64,000 bases of DNA from assembly GCF_009914755.1 (NCBI RefSeq), contig NC_060934.1. One strand, written 5' to 3'. Below the pieces are notes generated by a model. The model did no database searches and was not told the DNA's origin. It worked only from the letters and a program-made list of their open reading frames with translations. Shown piece after piece: positions 46,266-59,414 of this stretch. Each line of letters starts with the position of its first letter. Within the stretch, counting starts at the first letter, position 1. This DNA comes from the human T2T-CHM13v2.0 reference genome, Homo sapiens. A program made the position numbers and the translations under genes.

Positions 46266-46609
46266 CAGTCCTATGCCCCATAATGACATTCTGGTCAAGG
46301 ACGGGCACATATAGGACATTAGTTCCATAAGATTCTTATATCATTATTTTCCTGTACCTTGTCTATGTTTACATATGCCTAGATACACAAATATTTACCA
46401 TTGTGTTCCAGTTGCCTAATGGCGTTTAGGACAGCTACATGCTGTACAGGTATGCAGCCTGGAAGCTATGGGCTACACCACACAGCCTAGATGTGTAGTA
46501 AGCTAGACCATCTAGGTTTGTGTGCACTCTGTGATGTTCGCACAATGACAAAATGGCCTAATGATGCATTTCTCAGAACATATCTTCATCATTAAGTGAG
46601 CCGTGGCTG
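46266..46609 (+). mobile_element. Tigger3a (MER7A), complete
   Basis: Full-length match with TA flanks. Confidence 0.85.
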
Positions 46610-47282
46610 TATATAATATATTGATGTAATATATAATAATTATGTAATATATTATATACGTATATTAAATGTATGTATGGATACATACAGTATATATATG
46701 CATGTGTGTATTTATATGTGTGTCTGTCTACATATGCATGCATAATTATTTCCCTCACCAACTAAAATATAAATGCCATTGAGGCAGGGAGTTTTTTTGT
46801 TCCTGGCTATACCTCCAGCACCTAGGAAAGTGCCCTGTGTAGCATTTAATAAGTTTGTTGAATCAATAAAAGAAAAAATAAATGAATGAATGAATTTAAG
46901 TAAAGTTGAACACACACTCAAATGGATCATAGCTTGACTGTAGATCTTTGCTGTCATTGTTTTGCAGCCAGGAAGGCAAGATGAGCTTCTCCTAGCTTTG
47001 TGTGTGTCAGCTTCAGCACTTATCAAATATTGATAAGTTTGATCTTGGGAGTTAGTCTACCTAATGTGTTTCAAACCTCAAGAGGCATCTTCTCTAGGGA
47101 AGTCCTAGAGTCCTGTGATGTCACCACTACCTAGATTTCCTTTTTGTCTTTTGACAATCTTCCCTTAAATGTACCCTTCTCAGGGGATAAAAATAAGGAA
47201 TAGAAGTTAATTATTGATGTTGTCAGTGAAAGTTTTCTTGGATATATGTGAAAAACATTGCCTTTTTTCAGGAGAAGCTTAC

Positions 47283-47440
47283 CAGGGTAAAGAAGCACTG
47301 TGTTCTCCATGGTGAAAGCGAGAAGCTCAATTCTAAAACACCATTTGAAAATCACGTCTGTCCAATAAACATTGTATAATGATTGGGATACCCTAATACC
47401 ATTCTTATATTTACTAATGGATGTGCGGAAATACATACTC
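47283..47440 (-). pseudogene. Fossil exon 12 (158 bp, open frame inside ORF 47131..47583)
   Basis: aatttttctag| ... CTG|gtaagc; GIRVSQSLYNVYW~RMRLSKYAAYNTYH. Confidence 0.7.
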
Positions 47441-48013
47441 CTAGAAAAATTAATCCAGTTAAATTTTTCTCTTTCATTTTTAACTTCTTTAAGCCTCAAA
47501 AACCCAAGAGTGTAGGATACATTTATAGCTGGGTTATTGTAGCTATTTTCAGTTTTAACTATTCCATGTTCCCATCCTCTCACAAGGAAATGTTAGCAAT
47601 TCATGGTTAATCTGGGCCATGAGCAGAAAGAATTTTTTCCCTTTCTCTTATTTTGAGGTAAAGGAAAAATTTCTGTAGAAACATATGTTTTTGGAAACGC
47701 TGGACTTAGAGAACACTTTGTGGTGCAGAACTATGGAATCTTGAACAGAGCAAACACTGCACTACTTATATCCATCCCTCAGAATGAAAGAGTAGATACA
47801 GCACACGTAATAGTGGGAAACTGAGGTTTGCCAGGGCTTAGACAATGTGTTTATGAGCAATTCAAGGGATCTTAAATGGTGGATAAGTTATTTTCAATGT
47901 TTCTGTAATTCTAAAGTGCAGGAATGATGCTGCATGATAGTTGACCAACAATGGCGGGTGTTAAGAATTCCATTCATTGGGTATTAATAGCATCAGGATT
48001 ATAACTGTCTTAC

Positions 48014-48133
48014 ACCCTTGCTTATTTCATAATCTATTTCTGGAACTGGAGATTTGGAGGTTCGCCAGGTCTGCAATCCTGTCAGCTTTGACTTGATCAG
48101 TGGGAGCCAAGCGCATTAACCCAAAAGATTCAA
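48014..48133 (-). pseudogene. Fossil exon 11 (120 bp)
   Basis: ttttccacccccgcctctcag| ... GGT|gtaaga; LMRLAPTDQVKADRI~LVRLTEVDVYDEEEI; after a frameshift W...PEIDYEI~W...LPFDYII. Confidence 0.65.
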
Positions 48134-48449
48134 CTGAGAGGCGGGGGTGGAAAAGGAAAACTTAAAGTCTAAGTTTGTTGGAACCCTGCACAAAAGGAAT
48201 TGTACAGTCTAGATAACTATCTGGGAGAGTTGCTAACAACTGGAGAGTAGCTGAATGGCCTGATATGGGAATTCAGAGAAGTTTATGGCAAAGTGAGTGT
48301 TAACTAAAAAATATATAATTCATTCATTTATTCATTCACTAACAAAGCCATAATTAAGCACCTACCTTGTGTTTGGCAAATGGCAGAGAGCAGGTGTGTA
48401 TGCCAAAATTATTTTGGGGGATAGAGATTTAAGAAGGCCACAAGTGTGA

Positions 48450-48640
48450 TGAAAATGTTATCCAAAAGGGCCTGGTTCCACTTCTTAGCTGCTTGACCTT
48501 GGATAAGTTGCTTAACTTTTCTGAGTCTGTAGAATGGGAATAATTAACTCCCAGGTTAAAAGACTTCTGAGGATTTAGTGAGACAATTCTATGAACAGTA
48601 AGACAATGACTTGGAAAGCATCTCACATGGTTCATGGTCC
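48450..48640 (+). mobile_element. MIR
   Basis: tgaccttggataagttgcttaac core. Confidence 0.65.
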
Positions 48641-48682
48641 ATGAAAGGCATTCATGTTTCTGTCCTCTTCTCCCAAGAAAGG

Positions 48683-49081
48683 TGTGTTAGTCTTTTCTGC
48701 ATTGCTATAAAGGAATACTTGAGACTGGGTAGTTTATTTTTAAAAAGAGGTTTATTTGGCTCACAGTTCTGCAGACTGTACAAGAAGCATGGTGCCGGCA
48801 TCTGCTTCTGGTGAGGGCCTCAGGAAGCTTCCAATTATGGCAGAAGGTGAAGGGGGAGCAGGTACATCACCTGGTAAGAGAAGGAGCAAGAGAGATGCTA
48901 TGTGCTTTTAAACAACTAGCTCCTGCGTGAACTAACTCATTACCATGGGGAGGGCACCAAGCCATTCATGAGGGATCCGCCCCCATAACCCAAACACCTC
49001 CCACTAGGCCTCATCTCCAAAACTGGAGGTCACATTTCAACATGTGATTTGGGGGCAGGACAAAACGTCCAAAGTATATGA
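48683..49081 (-). mobile_element. MSTA/B solo LTR
   Basis: TSD aaagg; gcattgctataaaggaatacttgagactggg. Confidence 0.9.
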
Positions 49082-49367
49082 AAAGGAAATCGCTCTGAGC
49101 GATTCCCGAGGGAGGTAGGAAGGAGTCCTGGGAAGCAGGTCTGGCTCTGAGAGATGGCACTCCTGGATTCTGTGTAGTCTATGTAGAGAAACACCCCATG
49201 CTCCCCATGAAATGCATGACTCAGTGTTTGAGTTGAGTTCCTCGGACCTTATAGGTTGGCAGTGGTGCCCAAATGCTTCCCTTTGCTCACAGCTGAAGAG
49301 GAAAAATTTGAATTATGACTGAAGAAAATGTCAACTGTAAATGCAGCCTTTAAAATTGAGTCGTATG

Positions 49368-49900
49368 AAAGAAGTCATTATTTGAAAAAGATACTTGCAC
49401 ACGCGTGTTTATAGCAGCACAATTCACAATAGCAAAATCGTGGAACCAACCCAAATGCCCATCAGTCAATGAGTGGATAAAGAAACTCTGATATATATAT
49501 ATGATGGAATACTACTCAGCTATAAAAAGGAATGGATTAACAGCATTTGCAATGACCTGGATGAGATTAGAGACTATTATCCTAAGTGAAGTAACTCAGG
49601 AATGGAAAACCAAGCATCGTATGCTTGTTATGCATCTTATGATATGTGGGAGCTAAGCCATGAGGACACAAAAGCTAAGCTACGAGGACGCAAAAGCGTA
49701 AGAATGATACAATGGACTTTGGGGACTTGGGAGAAGAGTGGGAGTGGGGCGAGAGATAAAAGATAACAAATATGGTGCAGTGTATACTGCTCAGGTGATG
49801 GGTGCACTAGGTTCTCACAAATCTCCACTAAAGAACTTACTCATGTAACTAAATACTACTTGTACCCCCAATAACTTATGGAAAAATAAAATTAAAAAAA
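49368..49900 (+). mobile_element. L1PB 3' end
   Basis: gaatgatacaatggactttggggact; TSD aaattg(a/t)gtcgtatg. Confidence 0.9.
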
Positions 49901-50035
49901 ATTGTGTCGTATGTAAAGTGACATGCTGGAGAAGGATGTGCTTTGGTCATTTCTGAAAGTCTCCACCAACTGCAGGTTCAGGAAACATTTTGTACTGGCA
50001 TCAGGCAACTCCCGGTCTCAATAGGATGACATTAC

Positions 50036-50213
50036 CAAAGCTGGAGTCTCTGTTTGGTCCTGCAGTATAGCACAAAAGGCGCTAGGAATAGCAGGCGGGG
50101 CTGCCAGCAGCACTATCAGCGAAGCAGGTGTCTATACTGCCCTCTTGCCCAGTTCCATAAGCAGCTTCCCAGTGGCTTCTGGGGCTGGATCAAGTAGATT
50201 CTCTTTCAAGTCC
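50036..50213 (-). pseudogene. Fossil exon 10 (178 bp)
   Basis: ggttctttctggcag| ... TTG|gtaatg; SLIVLLAAPPAIPSA vs GREB1 RRLLLSGPPQIGKT (Walker-A-like position, GKT absent). Confidence 0.6.
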
Positions 50214-50313
50214 CTGCCAGAAAGAACCAGGGCCTCAAAAAATAACCAAAAAAAAAAAAAAAAAAAAAAAAAAATCAATCCAAATAGTGTCTTGTTTCTA
50301 AACTGCTATGTAT

Positions 50314-50614
50314 TTTTTTTTCTCTTTTTGGAGACAGGGTCTTGCTCTGTTGCCCAGGCTGGAGTGCAGTGCCACAATCATAGCTCACTGCAGCCTCAAA
50401 TCCCTGGGCTCAATCTATCCTCCTACCTCAGCCTCTCAAGTAGCTAGGCCTACAGGTGCACACCATCACATTTGGCTAATTTAAAAATTTTTCTTTTAGA
50501 TGCAGAGTCTTGCTATGTTGCCCAGACTGATCTTGGACCCCTGATCTCAAGCGATCCTCCCACCTTGGCCTTCCAAAGTGCTGGTATTATAGGCATGAGC
50601 CACTACACTTGGAC
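50314..50614 (-). mobile_element. AluJ
   Basis: aatcatagctcactgcagcctc. Confidence 0.9.
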
Positions 50615-51467
50615 CCAAACAGGTATCTGTTAAACTGGCTTTACCTTCATTCACCTTTTGAGCCTGAGAGTGAAAGGAGAACTGTTACCTGCCAAGTCTG
50701 CAGCAGAAGGAGTGAGTGTGGTAGCTGGATCACCAGATCTCGGCTCCAGCCCACCCTTGTGGCTGGTACACTGGGGTAGGTTACACAGACCCTGCAGGTA
50801 ACAAGGCTGAACCCGAGGCTGAGGCTGAGCCCGAGGCTGTCTGCCTATATGATGGGGAGAAATGATAATCGCTCATGGTTCATTGAGCTGTTGAGGGCTA
50901 AATGAGCTAATATGTGAAAGGGATCAGGACAGTCCTCAGCGCCTCATTGGACTTCCTAAGTTAACTCTCACTGCTCCATTGGCTGAGGACTTCACTTATC
51001 ACAGCCTGAGAAGAGGTGGCTGCCTGTGTGGAGCAAGTTAGATGCCCGAGGCCCTTTATGCCATGAATGGGACACAGCAAAGGGTGGGGTGAGAAGTGCC
51101 CTGGTGAGGTTGGCCACCTTTTGGCTTTGGGACCTTGGGCTTGGTAATTAACCAGGCCTTAGCTTTTGTATCTGTGAATGGGGATGATGATGTTACTTAA
51201 ATCATAAGATTGTTGAAAGGCTTTGAAAAAGTGCTTACAACTTGCTTATCTTTGTAACTTGGCACATGCTCAGTGAGTATGCACTCTTTGCACTCTTCAT
51301 CATCTTATCATCATCATCACCATCTTTCCCATCTGGAAATCACTCCACACATTAGAACCACTTTGGATAAGACAACCTACATAGGGAAAGTGAGGGGAAA
51401 CACCCTTCCTTTTCCTATTAATATGTGATGATGGGTTTGTACTTTTAAGATAGTTGTTTCTCAGACG

Positions 51468-52640
<1,173 letters not shown>

Positions 52641-52761
52641 AATATAAATTTAAACTGACACAAAAATAAACATAGAAATACAGTGGTTTCTGTGGAAGAC
52701 CTGGAGCAGGGTGCCAGAGTGAAATGGGAAGAGCCCTAGGTTTGGAGACAAAAGCCCTGAC

Positions 52762-53308
52762 CTCGAATCTTGGCCTTGCCCCCCGCCGCCCGCCTTCCCC
52801 TGAACAGCTCACAACCTGTCACCAGCGAGATGTCTGAATGCACGGGAAAGGAGAAGGAGCAGGCAAGCTTCCACGATGGGGCAATAACAAGGCCCAAGAC
52901 ATCAGCAGAGGTGGGAAAGCCCAGCCCAGGCCAAGAGGTGCCCTGGGTGTGGCTGCCTGGAGGGAAAGTGCCTCCTGAACGCCCTGAACCCCGGCCTAGG
53001 AAGGGGTGCTGAGGCGACTGTCCTCAGCAGTGGCATCCCTTTGCCATTCTTTTTGGGGAAACCCCATTTTGTTCCAGCATCAGCTGTGGAAGGAGTGGAG
53101 TGGCTTCTGGGTAGCTCCAGATACAGGACTCTGCAGACAGGAGGGCAATTCCCGGGCAGAGCCTCACAGAGGGTCCAAGAGAAAGACAAAAAATGTTGCT
53201 CTTCCTTTCTCCCTCTCTGCTGCCAGATTAAGTAAATGGTCCTAATTATCAACTCATTCACTGAATTCCTAAACAAGGACCATAGAGAATCCCTTTACAC
53301 ACCACTCT
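52762..53308 (-). pseudogene. Fossil exon 9 (GC-rich, low-complexity region)
   Basis: cccctctaacctttcaag| ... GAG|gtcagg; starts VVCKGILYGPCL..LG~RYCDLRLINSSCL..ELG; ends EACLLLLLSRAFRHLAG~GREB1L VVLLSKAAYSLLG; phase-2 end fits exon 10. Confidence 0.6.
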
Positions 53309-53374
53309 CTTGAAAGGTTAGAGGGGCAAAACTAAACTCTATGGTAACAGCCCCAAGACAATTAAAATGTGCTG

Positions 53375-53399
53375 CCCGCCCCGCCCCCGCCCCCGCCCC
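53375..53399. promoter_or_regulatory. GC-box cluster / G-quadruplex motif
   Basis: cccgccccgcccccgcccccgcccc: five C-runs and overlapping Sp/KLF motifs; function not shown. Confidence 0.35.
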
Positions 53400-53429
53400 A
53401 GCAGCTGTTGAAATGCCTCAGCCTCCCAC

Positions 53430-53784
53430 TTCCCCAGCCTGGCTGGCTTCCCCTGCCCCGCGTTCCTGGCAGGTCTAGGAGTTGAGAGAAAAATCCACCA
53501 GAACAAGAAGTGCCTGGGTGTTCTCCAGTTCCTAGCAGGTGGAAGGTGGGGCTGTTCGGATGAAAATGGTTTTTACAGACGTGCAGAATTCAAGGGTGTT
53601 TCCCACTCAGCAGGCAGGGCTCTGCCAGGCAGTTCCTCAGAAACCCTGTGTTATGTTCTTGTGGGGATGTGTTTCCCTTTTTTTATGAAGTCCTCACTCT
53701 TTTCACCTGTGTTGGCCTCTGCCAACACCCTTGGCCGCCACGATGGTAGAAAGCCTTGTGTGTAGCCCTCTCTTTTAATTTGCT
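53430..53784 (-). pseudogene. Fossil exon 8 (355 bp, phase 2 to 0)
   Basis: 85-bp intron upstream; atcattccag|; single frame reaches PPSTC*ELENTQALLVL vs GREB1 RPQTYLELEGLPCILIF; donor GAA|gtggga is weak. Confidence 0.65.
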
Positions 53785-53869
53785 CTGGAATGATTCCATA
53801 GAGAAGCCCTGAGTCAAGGGCATTTCTCTCCCCATGTAATGCTGTTCGAGGCCTTGGGAGCTTACTTAC

Positions 53870-54235
53870 GTCGTCTCCAAAATGTATTGTGAGGCACGAG
53901 GCACATGGCTTTTGCTTTACATTTTTACCCAGAAATTATGGCAACGAATTTAGATACTAAATGACAAGTGTCATTTACCCTTGTAAATGAATTGGGCCAT
54001 GGCTTATGTTTTGCTTTTTCGCCCCGCATTCAGTCTCCATGGGGGAGAAAATTTTTTAAAGGCTTGATGGTACTGATACTCAGTTGCAGAGTCATTCGCA
54101 GGAACGATTGGTAAGTGACTCAACTACAATGGCGGCGATCAGCGGCTTCCATGAGTCCACTTTACTAGATGTGACAACTGTCTTCATGTCTTTACAAAGT
54201 ATTACAAGAATTAGGAAGTAGGTTTTGTAGGAATT
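53870..54235 (-). pseudogene. Fossil exon 7 (366 bp)
   Basis: caatttag| ... GAC|gtaagt; segments in different frames: L*RHEDS~LLRYDSS, WKPLIAAIV~FPRLHSAVI, QYHQAF~QHYAAAL, MCLVP~LLRVP. Confidence 0.65.
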
Positions 54236-55234
54236 CTAAATTGGGCAAAGCATTGTGGTGGTGCAAAAAGAATTCTTACTCCCCTCTATTAAAAAAAAAA
54301 TCATGCTTATGGTTTCCACAGCTTAACCTTTCTACTTGCTATAAAATGCATGAACTGCAGGGTGCCGATGCTTTGGTGCTGGCCTTCAGCCTCTAGATGC
54401 TTGCTGTTCCTAATCACACCTGAGGTCCCTCCTTGTCACCTGCAGCTGTCGGTCCCATGGCTGTCTCTTGGGTCCTGCACGGGGCAGGCTAGAGATAAGA
54501 GGGAGCTGATGCCCCATAGCTCAGCAGCTCTTTGCAAATGATCACGGAGTTCAGGGAGACAACTCTGAGGTTGTTCCACGCCATTTCCCGCAGGCCCCTG
54601 CCAGACTAGCCCAGTGCCTGCAGTGTTTTCCCCCTCATTTATGCACCAATGTCAGCTTTCTCCCCTTCCCTGTCTCATTTCCCATCCCCTGCTGCTCCCT
54701 GGGATGATCCCAATGTGTCATCAGCCTCAAATCCTTGGTCTCAGGTGTGCTTCCAGGGGATGCAAACTAAGACATGAAGCTCCGCCTAGGACAAGTAGGG
54801 GAGGCCCTTGAGAGCCAGCAAACCCTCCACTGCTTCACCCACCCATGCTTTGAGACCCTGCTCCAGAGCTCCCCAGGGCCTCCCTCACCTGCCTCTGGAG
54901 GAAGCACTCTCAGCACTGGCTCCTCCTGTCTCCCCACTGCCCAACCAAGCCAGCCCCCTCTCCTCCTCCAGAATGCCCTCCCAGACTACTACTGGGAACA
55001 CTTGCCTTCTGGAACTTACATTGCATTTACAGAAGGTACCAAGAATTTAGCACCCGATGCTATGGTAATCCCCTCTATGTTGGTTCTACTTCCCTAACTA
55101 AACTGTCAGGTTCTGAAGGGCTGGGGATCATGGCAAATACTTTTTAATTCCGTTTAGTTTTGGGGTTTGTATTATCCCATTCCATGCCTAGCATAGTTCT
55201 CATGACAGAATAGGTACTTAATTAGTATATAGAT

Positions 55235-56760
55235 TCACTCAACATTCAGCAAATATGTATTGAGTACCTGCTATGTGCTAGAGGCTGGGGATATATTTCT
55301 CCCAGATTAACTGCTAGTTGGAATACAGACAATTAGCAAAAATAAATGACTAATCACATGGTATGTTAGGAAGTATTAGCAAATACCAAGAAAATACAGT
55401 AGGAAGACTAAAGAGATCCTCAGCTTGGAGGCATAGGGACGTTGTGATTTTATTTTTATGTATGTATCTATTAACAAAAATTGTTTATATTTCAGGTGTA
55501 CAATGTGATTTTTGGTATGTCTATACATAGCGAAATAATTACTACAATCATGCAAATTAACATATTCATGTCCTCACAGTTTCCTTTTTGTGTGTAGGCA
55601 AGAACGCCTAAAATCTCTCTTTGCAAATTTCCAGTATATAATATAGTATAATTAACTATCATCATCACAATGAACATTAGGTCTTTAGACTTATTCATCC
55701 TATATAACTGCAACTTTGTACCCTTTAAACAAATTCTCCCCATTTCCCCCACTCCACCACCTCTGATTGCCACCATTCTACTCTTTGTTTCTCTTTGTTT
55801 CTATGTATTAGACTTTTAAAGATTCCACATATAACTGAGATCACACAGTATTTTTTTTTCCTGTGTCTGGTGTATTTCACTTAGCATAATATCCTTCCTG
55901 TTCATCCATGTTGTCAAAAATGGTTGAATCTCCTTTTTAAAGGGGTAACAACATTCCATTATGTGTGTTTATATATATAATCACAATTCTGTTATAATAT
56001 AAAGGATAACAAGTGTTGGCGAGAACGTGGAGAAAAGGGAAGCCTTGTGTACTGTTGATGGGAATGTAAATTGGTACAGCTATTATGGAAAACATTATGG
56101 ATGTTCCTCAAAAAATTAAAAATAGAACGACCATATGATCCAGCAATCCCACTTCTCGCTATATATCCAAAGGAAATGAAATCAGTATGTGGGAGAGATA
56201 TCTGCATTCCCATGTTTATTACAGCATTCACAATAGCCAAGATATGGAAACGACTGAAGTTGTGATTTTAAACAGTTTCTGCAGAAAGCTGCATTGAAGA
56301 GATTACCTCTGAACAAAGACTCAAAGAAGAGAGAACCAGCTCTACAAATATCTGGAGGGGCCAGGCAGCATGAACGGCAAGTACCAAGACCCTGAGATGC
56401 GAGCATGTCAGATACATTAAGGGGACAGCAAGGAGGGCAATGTAGAGTCCAAAAGGGCCACAGTAATGGGAGGCTGGAGATGCAGGAGCCAGACCCTGAG
56501 GGCCTGAGACCATTGCAAGGACTTGGGCTTTGCCTGTCGGTGAGATGGGGCAGAAGCAGGTTTTGCTGAGAAGTGACACCGCCTGACTCACATATTAACA
56601 AGATCTCTCTGGCTGCTGTGCTGACAATAGATTCTAGATCCACAAGGGGAAGCAGGGACACCCTTGACGGGGGTGAACTGCGACCTCTTCTTGAGAGGTG
56701 AGGGCAGTTTGGCTGGATATGTTTTGAAGATGGAGCCTACAGCATTTTCTATTGAATTGA
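55235..56760 (-). mobile_element. L2 split by an L1MA insertion
   Basis: cattcagcaaatatgtattgagtacctgctatgtgc 3' end; resumes after 56270. Confidence 0.75.
55453..56258 (-). mobile_element. L1MA 3' end with 5' inversion
   Basis: Minus 3' UTR to ~55990, plus-oriented ORF2 end ~55998-56258; TSD gttgtgatttta. Confidence 0.85.
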
Positions 56761-56779
56761 CGTGGAGTGCGTTAACTTA

Positions 56780-57400
56780 AATGCCTTGGTTTTAGGTGGT
56801 ATCTGTCAGGTTTTTCCATGGTAAATGATTGCTTTTCCTTCTGTAATTAATAAGTAATTTGGGGGGAGGCATGTTTAGATGATATAAATAACCTTTTCCT
56901 CATCAAACTTTTACTTGCTATCCTAAGCATACATGGAAACTTTTGCTTGAATCAATTATTACTATGATAGTTGTAAAACGGGGATTTTACGAACCCTGTC
57001 ACTCATTCCACATTCATTAATTGGTACTCCATTGTAAGGAAGCTTTGTCTTCTCCCTTGAAATTTATTTATATGAATGTGGACTCATGTGTTCCTGTTTT
57101 GCTCACCAGGCTATCATCTGTTAATGTCATTGTATATTTTGATGCTCAAAAATGTCCCAGATTTTTGGTCAGTGGGACCCATTTCAAGCTGGCTCCTGTG
57201 TCCTTTTTGACATACCTCCATCATTCTTTAAACACAATACTATGTTCCAGGCTCATGATGGGCTCTTTTTGTCCTATACCTGGAATCAACTGTTTCTGCA
57301 AGGAGCCCTAGTTCCTTTTACTGGGGAATGGTGTTTAGAAACCAAGATCTGGGCATATTATGTATTTTTAAATTATGGAGTCTTTTTAGTCCTCCTTGCT
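56780..57400 (-). mobile_element. L1MC-like 3' fragment
   Basis: caaggagccctagttccttttactggggaatggtgtttagaaaccaagatctggg. Confidence 0.75.
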
Positions 57401-57450
57401 ACTGCCAAAATAAGAATTCTTATATCTTCATTTTAACAGTTAAACTTTAC

Positions 57451-57647
57451 CTGATCCCAAAAGAAGAAACATGAAATGTTAGAAGCTGTCAGCTTTAAGA
57501 TGTGCTTCATATTGAGACACAAAGTGAGGACCATTGTAAAATCCGAAGTGAAGCGTCTTGCCACACCTGAACACATTTTGTGATATTTAACTATGGCAAG
57601 ACACCGTGGTGTTAACACTCTGTACTTATCCTAGGGTCATTCACTCT
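57451..57647 (-). pseudogene. Fossil exon 6 (197 bp, phase 2 to 1)
   Basis: 85-bp intron upstream; tattgtttctag| ... CAG|gtaaag; VQSVNTTVSCH~VKEAPNIVTLH, GFYNGPHF~SPYNEIHW; joins next exon as GSEFLQ~LSEFIE; 4 stops. Confidence 0.7.
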
Positions 57648-57732
57648 CTAGAAACAATAGAATATGTTTAAAATCTTCTCCACAAAGGGGATCTAACTGT
57701 TCTTGGTTTTATTTTCTCCATGCATACATTAC

Positions 57733-57865
57733 CTTTTATACTTCCACTGGTGTGCAAAAATGGAAGAAAGAGGCCTGAACAATGCCACTTTTGCTCCATG
57801 ATACCCTTTTTCATCATAATGATTACTTAACTTCATTTGTTCTTTTCTCTCTCTGTTTATAGGTA
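57733..57865 (-). pseudogene. Fossil exon 5 (133 bp, phase 1 to 2, fully open)
   Basis: gtatttcttag| ... AAG|gtaatg; PINRERKEQMKLSNHYDEKGYHGAKVALFRPLSSIFAHQWKYK vs GREB1 QRVEQYVL...TLFVLIHDHAHW. Confidence 0.75.
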
Positions 57866-57884
57866 CTAAGAAATACATAAACAT

Positions 57885-58225
57885 TATAATAATAGCATGA
57901 TGCAATCCATGAATGACTTTGACTTACGCTATCTCAGCTGACCTCATGACAAAACCTTTTAAAATAGGCAAGGTCATTGTTCTTATTCAATTTACCAATG
58001 GAGAAAGTAACAGAAAGCCTCATTGACTTTCCTAAAGTTGCATACATGGCAAATATGATCTGGACCACTTTTTCTGACTAACACCCAGCTTGCTTTCCTC
58101 TGTGTCTCCAACCCTGACGGCATATTTGAATTAAAAGACTGGGGCCCAGTCCCCAACTTGAGAGGTTCTGCGTCAACGTGTGGGGTGGCAGGCCAGCCTC
58201 GGCAGTTTTCACAAGCTTGCCGCCG
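57885..58225 (-). mobile_element. MIR followed by MER5A-like fragment
   Basis: Diverged MIR core; ctggggcccagtccccaac..gagaggttctg. Confidence 0.5.
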
Positions 58226-59414
58226 TGCCCATGGGCAGCCGGAGGTAAGTAGAGGTGAACTGTGTGGTGCACAGGTCCCCCACTGGATCACAGAACAGGC
58301 AAGTCCAAAACCTCACACGTGTGACAGGTCGAACAAAGGGAGTGACTGTGACAGGGCCAAGGCTGGGCAGGTCTCAGGAAGAAAAGGCTCCAAGCCTGGA
58401 GAGGCATAAAAAGGGTTCTGGGGACCTGGTTGTGGCCCAGGCCCATGTGCCAGGGGCCTTCTCACCTGCTTCACTCATCCTCAGACACCACCCAGGTGCC
58501 TGGTTAGAGCAGAGTGTGGAGGTGGGTGCCACACGGCAACTCTTGTGCTCCTGGAAAAAGGAGCCATTGCTGAGTGGGGGCTTGCTATGTCCTTTCCTAT
58601 TTTAGGCCTCATCCTGCTTGACGATGTGGGATTCTATTTCTCCACATTAGATGTGGAGAATATTCTCCTAAGTGTAAAGAGGGAAGTAAAACAGGAATGG
58701 GCACTTCCATCTGTATCTGCTTTCTGTATCTTCTGTTACTCTTACTCCTAGCCACAAGCAAAGAATCTGTTCGTTATTTTTCTTGCTGTTATGGCTTTAA
58801 ATGCCTTTGTCATGCCTTTGGGATCTTTGCAGGTCTGAATTCAGACCAAACCTTTGCCCTTCTTTGACTTTTATAGGTTTAGGCCACTCTGTCATATTCA
58901 TTCTTGGTCAGGTTCCCTTGCTTCCCTCCTTTTCGCCTGCCCACTGAAACTATGAACTTGTAGATGAGCTACGTCTCTAATCACATGGTTTCTTTAGATC
59001 TCTTCCCTCTTTTGTCCTTTACAGGTTCATTTGTGGTTATATTGTTGGCTAAGTCCTTCCACTTCTCCTTTTAGAACTGCTAGTCTTGGCATGGAGCATC
59101 TTTGTATTCAATCTTTGAACTTTCTTTTCCTAAATCTTGGGCCCAGTGGAAACTAGGCATTGTAAACTGTGGCCTACAGCCCCAGTCTGGGCCCAGCTTA
59201 CACACATTTGATTTGGCGGATGTGTTATTTACAGAAGTTTGAATCTGAGCTCCCTGTTTGCTCCCACCTCTTCCTACCATTGCATACATCTGCATGCTTC
59301 ACGCATTTTCTGTACCTGCCTGGCCGTTGTAGACATTTGAGTTTCTGATCTCTGCCTTAGGTAGTGACTGGTGTTCTTCTCTCTGTAATGATGTGCCTGA
59401 TTTTCTGACCCTAC

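Larger units (their letters stand above)
43880..46895 (+). mobile_element. Long L2 remnant interrupted by MLT1D and Tigger3a
   Basis: ctagaccttgtctttacc, gaaactgctgttgtccaagtcacc, 3' end with (GAAT)n. Confidence 0.8.

Noticed and set aside
47131-47583. 150-aa minus ORF as a standalone gene
   Set aside because: Only 47283-47440 is bounded by splice sites and family-like; the flanks are intronic read-through and the start is not ATG.
48014-48133. Alternative alignment of ESFGLMRL to GREB1 LESMRL
   Set aside because: Breaks collinearity with exons 12-14; LVRLTEVD/FDYII fits the order. It shows that single short motif matches are unreliable here.
57470-57570. VFR..TLHFG..PH resemblance to SAMD9, and CGKT as a Walker A
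   Set aside because: Isolated short matches; the collinear GREB1 placement (YN..HF, SEF) fits better with neighbouring exons.
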